A stretch of 64,000 nt of DNA from an uncultured delta proteobacterium (GCA_963803435.1 CAWDML010000010.1:32001-96000), one strand, 5' to 3'; counted from the first letter of the stretch, positions 41,236-54,538 are shown. Notes: generated by a model from the sequence alone, not told the origin. Numbers and translations are program-made.

Positions 41236-41901
41236 TCAGCTCCCCCTCGCGTGCTCGACCTGGCGCCGGCGTTCGGCGTCGATCATCCGGTGCATGTAGC
41301 ACTCGAGGACCACGCAGGTACCCTCGCGCCCTCGCGCTCTCGCCCAGTCGAGGCCGAAGGTGGCGTCCGTGAGGGCGGCGTGTTGATCGGAGCGCCCGTC
41401 GTTGTGCGAGACGTCGATCTCGTCGATGCAATCGTAGTCGAGGAGCCGGCGGAGCGCCGCGTCACCCAGGACGCCGGCGCAGCGCTGGATGAACAGGTGG
41501 GAGACGTCGACGGCCAGGGACAGGCGCCGGTCCATCGCCCACGAGAGCTCCGCCTCGGAGCCCAGCAGATGGCCGGGATACATGGTCTCGAGCACCGGCA
41601 CTCGGGCGCCGGCGTCGACGGCGGCGGCGAACGCGGCGAAGTCGATCCGGGCGGAGGACGGTGGGTGGACCGAGGTCGATCCGACCAGGCACTCAACGGT
41701 CTCGCTCCATACCGGCTGCACGCGGCGCTCGTACGCGAACCCGTGGTGGGTCCGCACCGCGAATCGCGCCGCGTGCTCGGCGAACCCGAGCGTCGGGTGG
41801 TTGCCGGGCGTGAGCTGGACGCCGTCGGCGAGCGGCGCCAGCGCGTCGAACGCCTGTCGCATCGGCCGGCCCTGCAGACAGGAGAGGGCGAGGAGGAGCA
41901 T
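41236..41901 (-). CDS. Metal-dependent TIM-barrel protein (xylose isomerase/AP endonuclease 2-like)
   Basis: THHGF, SVHPP, LETMY, LAVDVSH, SHNDGRSDQH, VLECY; stop abuts the next ATG. Confidence 0.72.
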   Translation of the reverse strand: MLLLALSCLQGRPMRQAFDALAPLADGVQLTPGNHPTLGFAEHAARFAVRTHHGFAYERRVQPVWSETVECLVGSTSVHPPSSARIDFAAFAAAVDAGARVPVLETMYPGHLLGSEAELSWAMDRRLSLAVDVSHLFIQRCAGVLGDAALRRLLDYDCIDEIDVSHNDGRSDQHAALTDATFGLDWARARGREGTCVVLECYMHRMIDAERRRQVEHARGS

Positions 41902-42023
41902 CGCGGAACTCTACGCCGCCCGGGGCCGCGGGCGAACCGCTCGAATGAATCCTGGAACCGCCGCACCTACGGGGCCGTTCGACGTGACCGCGGCGAATCC
42001 CGTCGCGTCGACCTACCTGCCGG

Positions 42024-42410
42024 CAGGCCTCCGCGGGTGGGTACGCGATCGTCGAGGGCGCCTACGACACCGAGGCCCTGCGACGCTACTTCCTACAGCG
42101 CTTCGGAGATGCCCGCGAGGCGTGGATCACCGGCGATTCGCTCGGAGCTTCGCTCGCAATGATGCTCGCCGAGACGCACGCGACCTCCTACGATGGCGCG
42201 GGCCCTGGACGAGAACCCCGCGGCCGCGCCGCGTTGCGCGCGCGCTCCGCGGTACGAACCAACGCGGAGCTCTCGAAGCAGCTCGACCTGTTCACGTACA
42301 TCATGGGCGAGGTAACCCGTTCGACAACCGGAGCAGGATCTACACGGGACTCGGCGACGATGAGGCCGTGAACGACGGCGTCAGGCGCTATGTCGCGGAT
42401 CCCCACGCGG
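42024..42410 (+). pseudogene. Deleted and frameshifted alpha/beta-hydrolase remnant
   Basis: GYAIVEGAYDTEALRRYF…WITGDSLG (nucleophile elbow)…YDGA, then in another frame GNPFDNRSRIYTG..DDEAVNDGVRRYVADP. Confidence 0.65.
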
Positions 42411-42536
42411 AGTCCGGGCTTCGTTCGTCGAAGTCGGAGAGCGCCTCACGGATCCGATCTTTGGCGAAGCAGGTGCTCGATCACGGTGTGCCCCTCGAGC
42501 CGCTCGTGGCGCGCCAGCTTGCTCAAGTCGACGGGA

Positions 42537-44093
42537 CTACTGCCCGGCCTGCAGCAGCCCATACTCGTAGCTGTCGACGAGGGCGCGCCAGGAGGCCTCC
42601 ACGATGTTTCGCGAGGCGCCGACGGTCGACCAGAGGTCATCGCCGGAGCGGGTGTCGATCAAGACGCGCGTGGTCGCCTTGGTGGCGCTCTCGCCGTCGA
42701 GGATGCGGACCTTGTAGTCGGAGAGCTGGAAGGTCTCGATGAGCGGGTACGCCTCCGAGAGCGCGCGCCTGAGCGCGGAGTCGAGCGCTTCCACCGGGCC
42801 CCGGCCTTCGGCGGCTGTGTGCACGACAGACGCCCCGATCTCGATCTTGACGATCGCCTGCGCCTGCGTGTGGCCGGCGCGGTTCTCGACCACTACGGTG
42901 TGCTCGATGGGACGGAAGGGCGCGGGATAGTCGCTCTCCCTTCGCGCCAGCATCAGCGCGATCGAGGCGTCGGCGGCCTCGAAGCTGAAGCCCTCCGCTT
43001 CGAGCTCCTTGATCTGATCGAGGACGCCGTCGAGCTCCTGGTTCGACCCGATCCCGAGCTCCTCCGCCTTGCTGACCAGGTTGCCGCGACCGGACAGCTC
43101 GCTCACGACCACGCGCATCACGTTGCCGACCGCGGCCGGATCGACGTGCTGATAGGAGCGCTCGTTGCGGCGCATGGCGGCGACGTGGATGCCGCCCTTG
43201 TGGGCGAACGCGCTCCGCCCCACGTAGGCCGCCTGCTCGTCGAGCGCGAGGTTGGCGACCTCCGCGACGAAGCGCGCCAGCTCCGAGAGCTCGGCCAGCG
43301 CCTCCTTTCGGACGCACTGGACGCCCAGCTTCAGCTGGAGATCCGGGATCAGCGCGCACAGGTTGGCGTTGCCACAGCGTTCGCCGTACCCGTTGATCGT
43401 CCCCTGCACCTGCACCGCGCCCGCCCGCACTGCTGCCAGCGAGTTGGCGACCGCGAGCTCGCCGTCGTTGTGGCAGTGGATCCCGAGCGGAGCCGCGAGC
43501 GCCCGCGCGACCTCACGAACGCCGCCCTCCACGTCCCAGGGCATCGAGCCGCCGTTGGTATCGCAGAGCACCAGCACCTCGGCACCGCCGCGCTCGGCCG
43601 CACGCAGGGTCTCGAGCGCGTACACCGGATCGGCTCGGTAACCGTCGAAGAAGTGCTCCGCGTCGAAGATCACGCGCCTTTCGTGGGCGCGCAGGTATGC
43701 GACGCTCTCCTCGATCATTCGCAGGTTCTCGTCGTAGTCGGCGCGCAGAACCTCGCGGACCTGCAGGGTCCAGGACTTGCCGACAAGGCTGGTGACCCTG
43801 GTGCCGACGGCGAGCAGGGCGCGCAGGTTGGGGTCGTCGTCCGGTGCAATCCCGCGCCGGCGCGTGCAGCCGAACGCCACCAGGGTCGCGTGGCTCCAGT
43901 CGGAGTCGCGGGCGCGCTCGAAGAGCTCCGCGTCCTTCGGGTTAGAGCCGGGCCAGCCAGCTTCGATGAAGTCGACCCCGAGCGCGTCGAGTCGCTTCGC
44001 GATCCTGAGCTTGTCGCTCGCGGAGAAGGAGATCCCTTCGGTCTGCGCGCCGTCTCGAAGAGTGGTGTCGAAGATGGATACTCGATCGAGCAT
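42537..44093 (-). CDS. cimA: Citramalate synthase
   Basis: [45 protein letters not shown]. Confidence 0.93.
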   Translation of the reverse strand: MLDRVSIFDTTLRDGAQTEGISFSASDKLRIAKRLDALGVDFIEAGWPGSNPKDAELFERARDSDWSHATLVAFGCTRRRGIAPDDDPNLRALLAVGTRVTSLVGKSWTLQVREVLRADYDENLRMIEESVAYLRAHERRVIFDAEHFFDGYRADPVYALETLRAAERGGAEVLVLCDTNGGSMPWDVEGGVREVARALAAPLGIHCHNDGELAVANSLAAVRAGAVQVQGTINGYGERCGNANLCALIPDLQLKLGVQCVRKEALAELSELARFVAEVANLALDEQAAYVGRSAFAHKGGIHVAAMRRNERSYQHVDPAAVGNVMRVVVSELSGRGNLVSKAEELGIGSNQELDGVLDQIKELEAEGFSFEAADASIALMLARRESDYPAPFRPIEHTVVVENRAGHTQAQAIVKIEIGASVVHTAAEGRGPVEALDSALRRALSEAYPLIETFQLSDYKVRILDGESATKATTRVLIDTRSGDDLWSTVGASRNIVEASWRALVDSYEYGLLQAGQ

Positions 44094-44095
44094 TC

Positions 44096-45775
44096 TCACC
44101 TCGCGCGCAGCGGCCTTCGGATCATGTCGTGGAGATCCTTTCCGGACGCGACCATCGGATAGACCGTGTCTTCCTTCTCGACGCGGAAGTCGATCACCAC
44201 CGTACCCGCGCTCTCCCGCGCGCGGCGCACCGCAGGCTCGACCCCGGCGCGCTCGTCGACGCGGATCCCTTCCAGGCCGTGCGCGTTCGCCAGGGTCACG
44301 AAGTCCGGGTTCTTCATCGGTGTGGCCGCGTAGCGGCGATCGTAGAAGAACTCCTGCCACTGCCGAACCATGCCGAGGTAGCCGTTGTTGATGATCGCGA
44401 TGTTCAGCTTCAACCCCTCCTGTGCGCAGGTGGAGAGCTCTGCGGCCGTCATCTGAAAGCCGCCGTCTCCCGCGATCACCCAGACCTCCTCGTCCGGCCG
44501 GGCGACCTTCGCGCCGATGGCGGCCGGCAGCGCGAAACCCATGGTTCCGAGACCGCCGGAGGTGATGCAGGTGCGGGGGCGGCGATGGCGATAGTACTGC
44601 GCTGCCCACATCTGGTGCTGGCCGACGTCGGTGCAGACGATGGCGTTCCCGCCGGTGATGCGCCAGAGATCTCCGATCACGTGGGCCGCGTAGAGGTGGC
44701 CGTCGTCTGGGAGTCGCTCGATGTCGCGGACCACGGCGTCGGCCTTGAGCTCGTCGATGTGCGAGAGCCACTCTGTTCGATCCGCCCGCTCGACCATCGG
44801 CAGGAGCTCGCGCACCACCCGGCGCAGATCTCCGATCAGCCCCACGTCGACCTTGACCACCTTTCCGATCTCGGCGGGATCGATGTCGATGTGGATCTTC
44901 TTCGCGTTCGGCGCGTAGGTGGCCAGCTTGCCGGTGACGCGATCGTCGAAGCGCATCCCGAAGCTGATCAGGAGATCCGCCTCCTGGATCGCCTGATTCA
45001 CCCACGCCTCGCCGTGCATGCCCATCATCCCCAGATAGAGCGGGTGTCCACACGGGAAGCCACCCAGCCCCAGCAGCGTGAGCGCGACCGGCATCGCCGT
45101 CTTCTCCGCGAACGCGCAGGTCTCGGCCGCCGCACCGGAGAGGATGACACCATGTCCACACAGCAGCAGCGGACGCCGTGAGCTCCGGACCAGCTCGGCG
45201 GCCCGCGCCAGCGTCTCCTGCGCGATCGGCTCCACCTCCTTGTGCACCCCGGAGCGCCGGAGCGGGGGACCGCTCGCCTCCGCCTGCTGAGCGTCCTTGG
45301 TGATGTCGACCAGCACCGGACCAGGACGTCCGGAGCGCGCCACCGTGAACGCCTCCCGGATCACCGGGGCGATGTCGGCCGGCCGCGTCACGAGATAGTT
45401 GTACTTCGTGAGCGAGAGCGTCACGCCGACCACGTCTGCCTCCTGGAAGGCGTCGGTGCCGAGCGCCGTCGACGGCACCTGGCCGGTGATGCAGACCAGT
45501 GGAATCGAGTCCATCATCGCGGTGCCGAGACCGGTGGCGACGTTGAGTGCGCCGGGGCCGGAGGTGGCGATGCAGACTCCGACTCGGCCGGAAGCGCGCG
45601 CGTAGCCGTCCGCCATGTGCGCGGCACCCTGTTCGTGGCGAACCAGCACGTGGCGGATCGAGGACTCGAGCAGCGCGTCGTACGCAGGAAGGATCGCTCC
45701 ACCTGGGTAACCGAAGACCGTCTCCACGCCCTCTTCGGCCAGCGTCTTCCAGATCACTTGAGCTCCGATCACCAT
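44096..45775 (-). CDS. ilvB: Acetolactate synthase large subunit
   Basis: FGYPGGA, RHEQGA, TSGPG, RFDDRVTG, GDGGFQM, NNGYLGMVRQWQ. Confidence 0.96.
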   Translation of the reverse strand: MVIGAQVIWKTLAEEGVETVFGYPGGAILPAYDALLESSIRHVLVRHEQGAAHMADGYARASGRVGVCIATSGPGALNVATGLGTAMMDSIPLVCITGQVPSTALGTDAFQEADVVGVTLSLTKYNYLVTRPADIAPVIREAFTVARSGRPGPVLVDITKDAQQAEASGPPLRRSGVHKEVEPIAQETLARAAELVRSSRRPLLLCGHGVILSGAAAETCAFAEKTAMPVALTLLGLGGFPCGHPLYLGMMGMHGEAWVNQAIQEADLLISFGMRFDDRVTGKLATYAPNAKKIHIDIDPAEIGKVVKVDVGLIGDLRRVVRELLPMVERADRTEWLSHIDELKADAVVRDIERLPDDGHLYAAHVIGDLWRITGGNAIVCTDVGQHQMWAAQYYRHRRPRTCITSGGLGTMGFALPAAIGAKVARPDEEVWVIAGDGGFQMTAAELSTCAQEGLKLNIAIINNGYLGMVRQWQEFFYDRRYAATPMKNPDFVTLANAHGLEGIRVDERAGVEPAVRRARESAGTVVIDFRVEKEDTVYPMVASGKDLHDMIRRPLRAR

Positions 45776-45776
45776 C

Positions 45777-46727
45777 TCACGCCTCCGCGACGGCGAGCGC
45801 TGGGCCGCCGATGAAGTCGAGCCAGCCGTGCCGATCGGGAGTCGTCCCTGCGAAGAGTCCGAAGAATTGCTTCTGCAAGAGCTCGGTGATGGGGCCTCGC
45901 CGACCTTCGCCGACCGAGAGTCCGTCCACCGAGCGGATGGGCGAGATCTCGGCGGCGGTGCCGGTGAAGAAGAGCTCGTCCGCCAGGTAGAGCGCTTCAC
46001 GAGGGATTGGCTCCTCACGCACATCCAGGCCCAGCTCGCGGGCCAGCACAATGACGCTGTCGCGGGTCAGCCCGGGGAGGATGCTGCTCCACAGCGGTGG
46101 CGTGATGAGGCGACCATCCTTGATGACGAAGATGTTCTCCCCTGAGCCTTCGGACACGTACCCGCTCTGATCGAGGGAGATGCCCTCCGTATATCCATGG
46201 CGCACGGCCTCGGAGCCGATGAGTTGGGCGGATAGATAGTTTCCGCCCGCCTTCGCCATCGTCGGGAAGGTGTTGGGCGCGGCCCGCTGCCAGGAGGAGA
46301 CGCAAGCGTCCACGCCGGTGCCCAGCGCGTCCTCTCCCAGATAGGCGCCCCATTCGAACGCCGCGATGGCGACATGGACCGGCCCTTTGCTGCCGGTCAG
46401 GCTGAGGTCGCCGACCCCACGGAAGGCGATCGGGCGCACGTACGCGGACGACAGACCGTTGCGGCGGACCACTTCGCGACAGGCCTGATCGATCTCGTCG
46501 ATCGAGTGCGCGATCGCCAGCCGATGGATCCTGGCCGATCCGAAGAGCCGCTTGGTGTGGTCGCGCAGCCTGAAGATGGCGGCGCCGCGCCCGGTGGCGT
46601 ACGCTCGCATCCCTTCGAAGACCGAGGAGCCGTAGTGGAGCGCGTGGGTCATCACGTGCACGTTGGCTTGGTCCCATGGCACCAGGTGGCCGTCGAACCA
46701 GATCAGTTTGCTTGGTTTCATCCCCAT
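45777..46727 (-). CDS. ilvE: Branched-chain amino acid aminotransferase
   Basis: HALHYG..VFEG.R, AKAGGNY, EGSGENIF, LPGLTR, GTAAE. Confidence 0.96.
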   Translation of the reverse strand: MGMKPSKLIWFDGHLVPWDQANVHVMTHALHYGSSVFEGMRAYATGRGAAIFRLRDHTKRLFGSARIHRLAIAHSIDEIDQACREVVRRNGLSSAYVRPIAFRGVGDLSLTGSKGPVHVAIAAFEWGAYLGEDALGTGVDACVSSWQRAAPNTFPTMAKAGGNYLSAQLIGSEAVRHGYTEGISLDQSGYVSEGSGENIFVIKDGRLITPPLWSSILPGLTRDSVIVLARELGLDVREEPIPREALYLADELFFTGTAAEISPIRSVDGLSVGEGRRGPITELLQKQFFGLFAGTTPDRHGWLDFIGGPALAVAEA

Positions 46728-47788
46728 GATTGAGCTCCGAGTCCCCGGCCGATGATGGCGTCGGTCATCTCTTCAGTAGAATGTGCACCGCCGAGGTCCT
46801 GCGTGCGTGCGCCGCCCTCGAGCGCCTCCTCGACCGCACGCTCGACGCGGCGGGCGAGGTCCGGTCGATCGAGCGAGTGGCGCAGCATCATCGCGGTGCT
46901 CAGGATCGTGCCGACGGGGTTGGCCAGGCCGGTCCCGGCCAGGTCCGGCGCCGAGCCGTGGATCGGCTCGTACAGCCCGAGGCGGCCCTCCCCCAGGGAT
47001 GCGCTCGGCAGGAGCCCGAGCGAGCCCGCCAGCACCGCGGCTTCGTCGCTCAAGATGTCTCCGAACATGTTGCTGGTGAGCAGCACGTCGAACGTATTCG
47101 CGTGGGTGATCAGCCGCATGGCGGTGGAGTCGACCAGTTGGTGAGAGAGGGCGATCGCCGGGTGCCCCGCGTGTACGCTCGTGACCACGTCTCTCCAGAG
47201 CCGGGAGGTCTCGAGCACGTTCGCCTTGTCGACGCTGGTGACCGACTTCCTGCGGGCAGCGGCGAGCCGGAACGCGAGCTCAGCGACGCGGCGAACCTCG
47301 AACGCTCGGTAGTCGGCGGTGTCGATCGCGCGCTCCTCTCCGTTCTCGAGCCGGCGCCAGCGCGGCTGGCCGAAGTAGAGGTCGCCGGTGAGCTCGCGGA
47401 GGATGAGGATGTCCACGCCGGCGAGGTATGACTCCTTCAGGGGCGACGCTCGCTTGGCTACCGAGAGCAGCGGCTTCACCGGGCGGAGGTTCGCAAACAG
47501 TCCCAGGCCCCTGCGCAGCCCGAGAAGGCCCGCCTCGGGTCGCACCTCGGCCCGGTCCCAGCGCGGTCCACCGACTGCACCGAGCAGCACCGCGTCGGCC
47601 GACTTGCAGGCAGCCAGCGTCTGCTCCGGGAGCGGCGTGCCCAGGGAGTCGATTGCGACGCCTCCGATCGGATGGGTCTCGAAGACGAGATTGAGCTCAT
47701 CGAGCGACCGGAGCACGCGCACCGCGGCAGCGACGACCTCGGGGCCGATACCGTCGCCGGGGAGGAGGACGATCCGCCGTTCAACCAC
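46718..47788 (-). CDS. leuB: 3-isopropylmalate dehydrogenase
   Basis: GDGIGPEV, FANLRP, RELTG, VDKANV, NMFGDILSD, EPIHGSAPD. Confidence 0.96.
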   Translation of the reverse strand: MVERRIVLLPGDGIGPEVVAAAVRVLRSLDELNLVFETHPIGGVAIDSLGTPLPEQTLAACKSADAVLLGAVGGPRWDRAEVRPEAGLLGLRRGLGLFANLRPVKPLLSVAKRASPLKESYLAGVDILILRELTGDLYFGQPRWRRLENGEERAIDTADYRAFEVRRVAELAFRLAAARRKSVTSVDKANVLETSRLWRDVVTSVHAGHPAIALSHQLVDSTAMRLITHANTFDVLLTSNMFGDILSDEAAVLAGSLGLLPSASLGEGRLGLYEPIHGSAPDLAGTGLANPVGTILSTAMMLRHSLDRPDLARRVERAVEEALEGGARTQDLGGAHSTEEMTDAIIGRGLGAQSWG

Positions 47789-48347
47789 GGTGCGCCTCGA
47801 AGCTCGCGATCTCGGACGCGAGCTGGAGCAAGTACTCGAGCTGGTCGACCCCATCGAGCAAGCAGTCGCGGGCGAAGGGATCGATCGCGAACGGGACGGC
47901 GTCTCCTCCCGGGAGATGGATCACGGAGTCGTCCAGGTCCACCGCCAGCTCCGCGTCCGGGGTCTCTCGGACCAGCTCGACGATGCGCCGGTAATCCGGG
48001 GTCGCTGGGGTCACCGGGAGCAGCCCGTTCTTCAGCGCGTTGTTCCTGAAGATGTCGGCGAACGAGGCCGCGATGATCACGCGGAAGCCCTTCGCCAGCA
48101 GCGCCCAAGGGGCATGCTCCCGTGAAGAGCCGCAGCCGAAGTTCTGCCCGGCGAGGAGGATCTCGGCGCCGGCGTGCTCCGGGCGATCGAGAACGAAGCC
48201 GGGATCTTTCCTCCACTCGGCGAAGAGGTGCTCCCCGAGGCCCGACCGTTCGATCGTCTTCAGGAAGCGCGCCGGAATGATCTGATCGGTGTCGACATGA
48301 TCCAAGAGCAGAGGAGCGACCCTCGAGCGACAGCGTACGAACCTCAT
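47781..48347 (-). CDS. leuD: 3-isopropylmalate dehydratase small subunit
   Basis: [29 protein letters not shown]. Confidence 0.97.
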   Translation of the reverse strand: MRFVRCRSRVAPLLLDHVDTDQIIPARFLKTIERSGLGEHLFAEWRKDPGFVLDRPEHAGAEILLAGQNFGCGSSREHAPWALLAKGFRVIIAASFADIFRNNALKNGLLPVTPATPDYRRIVELVRETPDAELAVDLDDSVIHLPGGDAVPFAIDPFARDCLLDGVDQLEYLLQLASEIASFEAHRG

Positions 48348-49750
48348 GCTGCACCTCCCATCAGCCGGCGCGGATCCGTGATGCGACCGGAGATCGCGCT
48401 GGCAGCTGCGGTCGCCGGTGAGGCGAGGAAGGTGCGGCCGCCCGCGCCCTGCCGTCCCTCGAAGTTACGGTTGCTGGTGCTGACTGCGTACTGACCCGGC
48501 CGCAGTCGATCCTCGTTCATGGCGATGCACATGGAACAGCCGGGCGATCTCCACTCCGCACCGGCTTCGAGGAAGATCCGATCGAGCCCCTCCGCCTCCG
48601 CGTCCGCCTTCACGCGCGCCGACCCGGGTACCACCAGCATCCGGACCCCGCGCGCGACCCGCTTCCCACGGAGGACCCCGGCCGCGCTACGGAGGTCCGA
48701 CAGGCGCGCGTTGGTGCACGAGCCCAGGAACACGACGTCCACCGGTTGTCCTTCGATGGGCTGACCCGGCGACAGATTCATGTAACGAAGCGCGCGCGTC
48801 ACCCGCTCGGCGTCGGCCGCCTCCTCCGGGTGCGGCACGCGCCCGTCGATCGGGATCGCCATCCCTGGATGCGTGCCGTACGTGACCATCGGCGCCACTT
48901 CGCTCGCGTCGATCCGGATCGTGCGCGAGTAGGTGGCGCCGGCATCGGTGGGCAGCATCCGCCAGCGGTCCACCGCGGCGTCGAAGGCGGTGCCTTTGGG
49001 CCCCAACGGGGTGCGCGCGAGGTACTGGAAGGTGGTGTCGTCCGGAGCGATCATGCCGGCTCGGGCCCCGGCCTCGATCGACATGTTGCACACGGTCATC
49101 CTCGCCTCCATGTCGAGACTCTGGATCGCCTCGCCGGTGTACTCGAACACGCAGCCGGTGCCGCCGTCGGTGCCGATCCGTGCGATCATGGCGAGCACCA
49201 GGTCCTTCGCGCCCACCCCGGGGCGGAGCCGACCCTCAAAGCGCACCTCGACCGGGTCCGGCTTGTCTTGCAGAAGACACTGGGTGGCGAACACGTGCTC
49301 GACCTCGCTGGTGCCGATGCCGAAGGCGAGCGCGCCGAACGCTCCGTGCGTGGAGGTGTGGCTGTCCCCGCAGACGATCGTCGAGCCGGGCAGTGTCCGC
49401 CCCAGCTCCGGCCCGACCACGTGCACGATGCCGTTGTCCGCCGACCCGAGATCGAAGAGCTCGATCTGATTCGCGCGGCAGCTCTCACGCAGCGCCAGGA
49501 GCTGCTGTCGCGCCTCGCCGTCGAGCACGTTGAGGCGCCTTGGATCGGTCGGCGTCGAGTGATCCATGGTCGCCAGGGTCCGCTCGGGCCGGCGCACCGC
49601 CAACGACCTCTTGCGGAGACGAGCGAACGCCTGTGGCGAGGTCACCTCATGGACCAGATGCAGATCGACGTAGAGCACCCAGGGATGCCCGGGTCGATGA
49701 GCGACCACGTGCGAATCCCAGATCTTTTCGAACATCGTACGCGGGCTCAC
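48344..49750 (-). CDS. leuC: 3-isopropylmalate dehydratase large subunit
   Basis: [38 protein letters not shown]. Confidence 0.97.
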   Translation of the reverse strand: MSPRTMFEKIWDSHVVAHRPGHPWVLYVDLHLVHEVTSPQAFARLRKRSLAVRRPERTLATMDHSTPTDPRRLNVLDGEARQQLLALRESCRANQIELFDLGSADNGIVHVVGPELGRTLPGSTIVCGDSHTSTHGAFGALAFGIGTSEVEHVFATQCLLQDKPDPVEVRFEGRLRPGVGAKDLVLAMIARIGTDGGTGCVFEYTGEAIQSLDMEARMTVCNMSIEAGARAGMIAPDDTTFQYLARTPLGPKGTAFDAAVDRWRMLPTDAGATYSRTIRIDASEVAPMVTYGTHPGMAIPIDGRVPHPEEAADAERVTRALRYMNLSPGQPIEGQPVDVVFLGSCTNARLSDLRSAAGVLRGKRVARGVRMLVVPGSARVKADAEAEGLDRIFLEAGAEWRSPGCSMCIAMNEDRLRPGQYAVSTSNRNFEGRQGAGGRTFLASPATAAASAISGRITDPRRLMGGAA

Positions 49751-51309
49751 GAATGACCTCCGATCGCGCGAGCCTCCAGCGCGGCGCTTGGCTGGAGGCT
49801 CTTGTTCTGCGCGGCCAGATAGGCGCGCGCGCTGGCGATGATCACGTCCTGGTCGGCGCCGAAGCCGCGCAAGGTGCGGCCGTCGCGAGCCGTCAGGTGG
49901 ACGATCGCTTCACCGAGGGGGTCTGCACCTTCGTTGGTGGCACGAAGCTGGTACTGCATCAGCGCGCAGCCGGTCTGCATGATCCCGTCGATGGCGTTGA
50001 ACACGGCGTCGACGGGCCCGCTGCCGACCGCCGCCAGCGTATGCGGGCGCTGCTCCCGGTCCGCCAGCGTCAGCGTCGCTGTCGAGACGCCGTCGGTGCC
50101 GCAGCTCACCCGCAGCTGCCGCAACAGATAGAGATCCTGCGTCTGCTCCACCTCGTGGCGCACCAGCGTCAGCAGATCCGCGTTGGTGATGGTCTTTCTC
50201 TGATCGGCGAGGGCCTTGAAGCGGGCGAACGCATGATCGAGCGCTTTCCCCTCCAGCTCGAAGTCCAGCTCTTTGAGCCACGCCTGGAGCGCGGCCCGGC
50301 CGGAGTGCTTGCCGATCACCAGCTCGCTGCGCGGCGCCCCCACGGCCTCGGGGCGCATGATCTCGTAGGTCTCGGCCGACTTGAGCATGCCGTCCTGATG
50401 GATCCCGGCCTCGTGGGCGAACGCGTTCCGGCCCACGATCGCCTTGTTCGGCTGCACCTCGAGCCCGGTCACCTCGCTCACCAGGCGGCTGATGGAGAAG
50501 ATCTCCCGCGTGTCGATCCCGTGGCGAAGCCCGTAGAGATCGGGCCGGGTCTCCAGCGCCATCACCACCTCCTCGAGCGCGGTGTTGCCGGCGCGCTCCC
50601 CGACCCCGTTGATGGTCACCTCCACCTGTCGCGCTCCCGCGAGCAGGCCCGCAAGCGAGTTCGCGGTCGCCAGCCCGAGGTCGTCGTGACAGTGCACCGA
50701 CAGCACCACCTCGTCGGCTCGAGGTACGCATCTTCGGATGCCATCGATCAGCGCTCCGAACTCGGCGGGCTGGGTGTAGCCGACGGTGTCGGGTATGTTG
50801 ATGGTGCATGCGCCCGCCTGGATGGCGGCGCTGATCGCTCGATACAGAAACTCCGGCTCGGTGCGGCCCGCGTCCTCGGGGCTGAACTCGACGTCCTCGC
50901 AGAGCGAGCAGGCGTAGGTCACCATCTCGCGGATACGCCCGAGGATCTCCTCGCAGCTCATGCAGAGCTTCCGCTCGCGATGGATCGGCGAGGTCGCGAT
51001 GAACGTATGGATGCGCGGTCGCGTCGCTGGCGCCAGCGCGCTCCGTGCCTGATCGATGTCGGAGACGGTCGTCCGCGCGAGCGCACAGATGATCGGTGCG
51101 TCCGCTCCAGCGCCGACCGCTCCGGCGATCCGCAGCACCGCCTCGTGGTCGTCGGGTGAAGCGGCCGGGAAGCCGGCCTCGATCACGTCGGCGCCCAGCC
51201 TGGCCAGCGCGTGCGCGACGCGCAGCTTCTCTGCGCATCGCATGGTGGCCCCAGGCGATTGCTCGCCGTCCCGCAGCGTGGTGTCGAAGATTCGAACGTA
51301 GTCGTTCAT
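49747..51309 (-). CDS. leuA: 2-isopropylmalate synthase
   Basis: [40 protein letters not shown]. Confidence 0.96.
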   Translation of the reverse strand: MNDYVRIFDTTLRDGEQSPGATMRCAEKLRVAHALARLGADVIEAGFPAASPDDHEAVLRIAGAVGAGADAPIICALARTTVSDIDQARSALAPATRPRIHTFIATSPIHRERKLCMSCEEILGRIREMVTYACSLCEDVEFSPEDAGRTEPEFLYRAISAAIQAGACTINIPDTVGYTQPAEFGALIDGIRRCVPRADEVVLSVHCHDDLGLATANSLAGLLAGARQVEVTINGVGERAGNTALEEVVMALETRPDLYGLRHGIDTREIFSISRLVSEVTGLEVQPNKAIVGRNAFAHEAGIHQDGMLKSAETYEIMRPEAVGAPRSELVIGKHSGRAALQAWLKELDFELEGKALDHAFARFKALADQRKTITNADLLTLVRHEVEQTQDLYLLRQLRVSCGTDGVSTATLTLADREQRPHTLAAVGSGPVDAVFNAIDGIMQTGCALMQYQLRATNEGADPLGEAIVHLTARDGRTLRGFGADQDVIIASARAYLAAQNKSLQPSAALEARAIGGHS

Positions 51310-51315
51310 CTCGGA

Positions 51316-52329
51316 TCACTCCCCCGGCTTGACGTCGATGGGATCGACGAACGGCATCATGGCGCGGAGCCGCGCGCCGACGCGCTCGAGCTGGAGCTCT
51401 CCCTCCAGCTGGCGACGCGCCTCGAAGCGACCGCAGCCCGAGCGGCTCTCCTCGATCCAGCGGGCAGCGAAGGTCCCATCCTGGATCTCGTCCAGGATCC
51501 TCTTCATGGCCGCGCGGGAGGAGTTACCGATGACCTTTTGGCCTGACTCGTAATCACCGTACTCGGCCGTGTCGCTGACGGAGTAACGCATGTAACGAAG
51601 CCCGCCGCGGTACATCAGATCGACGATGAGCTTCAGCTCGTGGAGGCACTCGAAATAGGCCACCTCAGGCTGGTAACCGGCGTTGACCAGCGTCTCGAAG
51701 CCGGCCTTGACCAGCTCGCTCACGCCGCCGCACAGCACGGCTTGCTCGCCGAACAGGTCCGTCTCCGTCTCCTCGGCGAAGGTGGTGGTGATGACACCGG
51801 CGCGGGTTGCGCCGAGCGCCCAGGCGTACGAGAGCGCGAGCGCGTCCGCTCCACCGCTCGCGTCCTGATGAACCGCGAGCAGCGCCGGCACGCCCTCGTC
51901 GTGCTGATAGGTCTCGCGGACGCGGTGGCCTGGGCCCTTGGGTGCGATCATGCTGACATCGACCTGCGCGGGCGCTTCGATGGTCCGGTAGCGCACGTTG
52001 AAGCCATGGCCGAACATGAGCGTCTTGCCGGGGCTGAGCACCGGTAGGATCGACTCGCGATGGATCGCCGGCTGAGCCGTGTCGGGCGCCAGCAGCATCA
52101 CGACATCGGCCCACTCGGCGGCGTCCTTCACCGACGTCACCTCGAGGCCGGCCTGCTCCGCCTTCCCTCTGCTCTTGCTCCCTTCGTGCAGGCCAACGCG
52201 AACCTTCACCCCGCTGTCGCGAAGGTTGAGGGCGTGCGCGTGCCCTTGGGATCCAAAGCCGATCACCGCGACTCGCTTGCTCGCGATCAGGCTCGGGTCT
52301 GCGTCTCGTTCGTACCTAACTTGAACCAT
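51316..52329 (-). CDS. ilvC: Ketol-acid reductoisomerase
   Basis: [40 protein letters not shown]. Confidence 0.97.
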   Translation of the reverse strand: MVQVRYERDADPSLIASKRVAVIGFGSQGHAHALNLRDSGVKVRVGLHEGSKSRGKAEQAGLEVTSVKDAAEWADVVMLLAPDTAQPAIHRESILPVLSPGKTLMFGHGFNVRYRTIEAPAQVDVSMIAPKGPGHRVRETYQHDEGVPALLAVHQDASGGADALALSYAWALGATRAGVITTTFAEETETDLFGEQAVLCGGVSELVKAGFETLVNAGYQPEVAYFECLHELKLIVDLMYRGGLRYMRYSVSDTAEYGDYESGQKVIGNSSRAAMKRILDEIQDGTFAARWIEESRSGCGRFEARRQLEGELQLERVGARLRAMMPFVDPIDVKPGE

Positions 52330-52340
52330 CTCTGTTCTCC

Positions 52341-52847
52341 TCATGCTGCCTTGGTCGCTTGGCGCTCATCGCAGGTCATTGCGACGGCGCCGCACTGGAC
52401 CATCCCGCGCACCCCGTACGAGCTGAGCTCGGTGAAGAGCTGCGAGAGCGAATCCGGCGAGCCGGTCGCCTCGACGATCACCGTGTTCGGGCCGGCGTCG
52501 AGCACGCGCGCGTTGTAGCGCTCGCAGACCCGGAAGATCTGGCGCCGGGTCTCCGGCCCGACGTCGACCTTGAGCAGCGCCAGATCGCGAAGAAACGCCG
52601 GCTCGTCGGTCACGTCTTTGGCAGAGAAGACGCAGATCAGCTTCTCGAGCAGCGCCAGGAGGCGCTGCGCAGTGGATTCGTCGGCCTCCATCACCAGCGT
52701 CATCTGGGAGATGCCCGGCTCGTGGGTGCGGCCGACGTTGAGCGACACGATGTTGAACGCGCGCCTTCGAAATAGGGCGACCACGCGGTTGAGCACGCCG
52801 GGGCTGTCCTCGAGCGTGGCCACGAAGGTTCTCATCTTGAGGGTCAT
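52341..52847 (-). CDS. ilvN: Acetolactate synthase small (regulatory) subunit
   Basis: [27 protein letters not shown] domain; RDLALLKV. Confidence 0.93.
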   Translation of the reverse strand: MTLKMRTFVATLEDSPGVLNRVVALFRRRAFNIVSLNVGRTHEPGISQMTLVMEADESTAQRLLALLEKLICVFSAKDVTDEPAFLRDLALLKVDVGPETRRQIFRVCERYNARVLDAGPNTVIVEATGSPDSLSQLFTELSSYGVRGMVQCGAVAMTCDERQATKAA

Positions 52848-52861
52848 CTGTTGTTCCTTCT

Positions 52862-54538
<1,677 letters not shown>

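Noticed and set aside
41236-41901. DUF692/MNIO RiPP-modifying enzyme
   Set aside because: Lacks the typical EN, LLDxxN, HxAGH and DTH pattern; no precursor peptide adjacent
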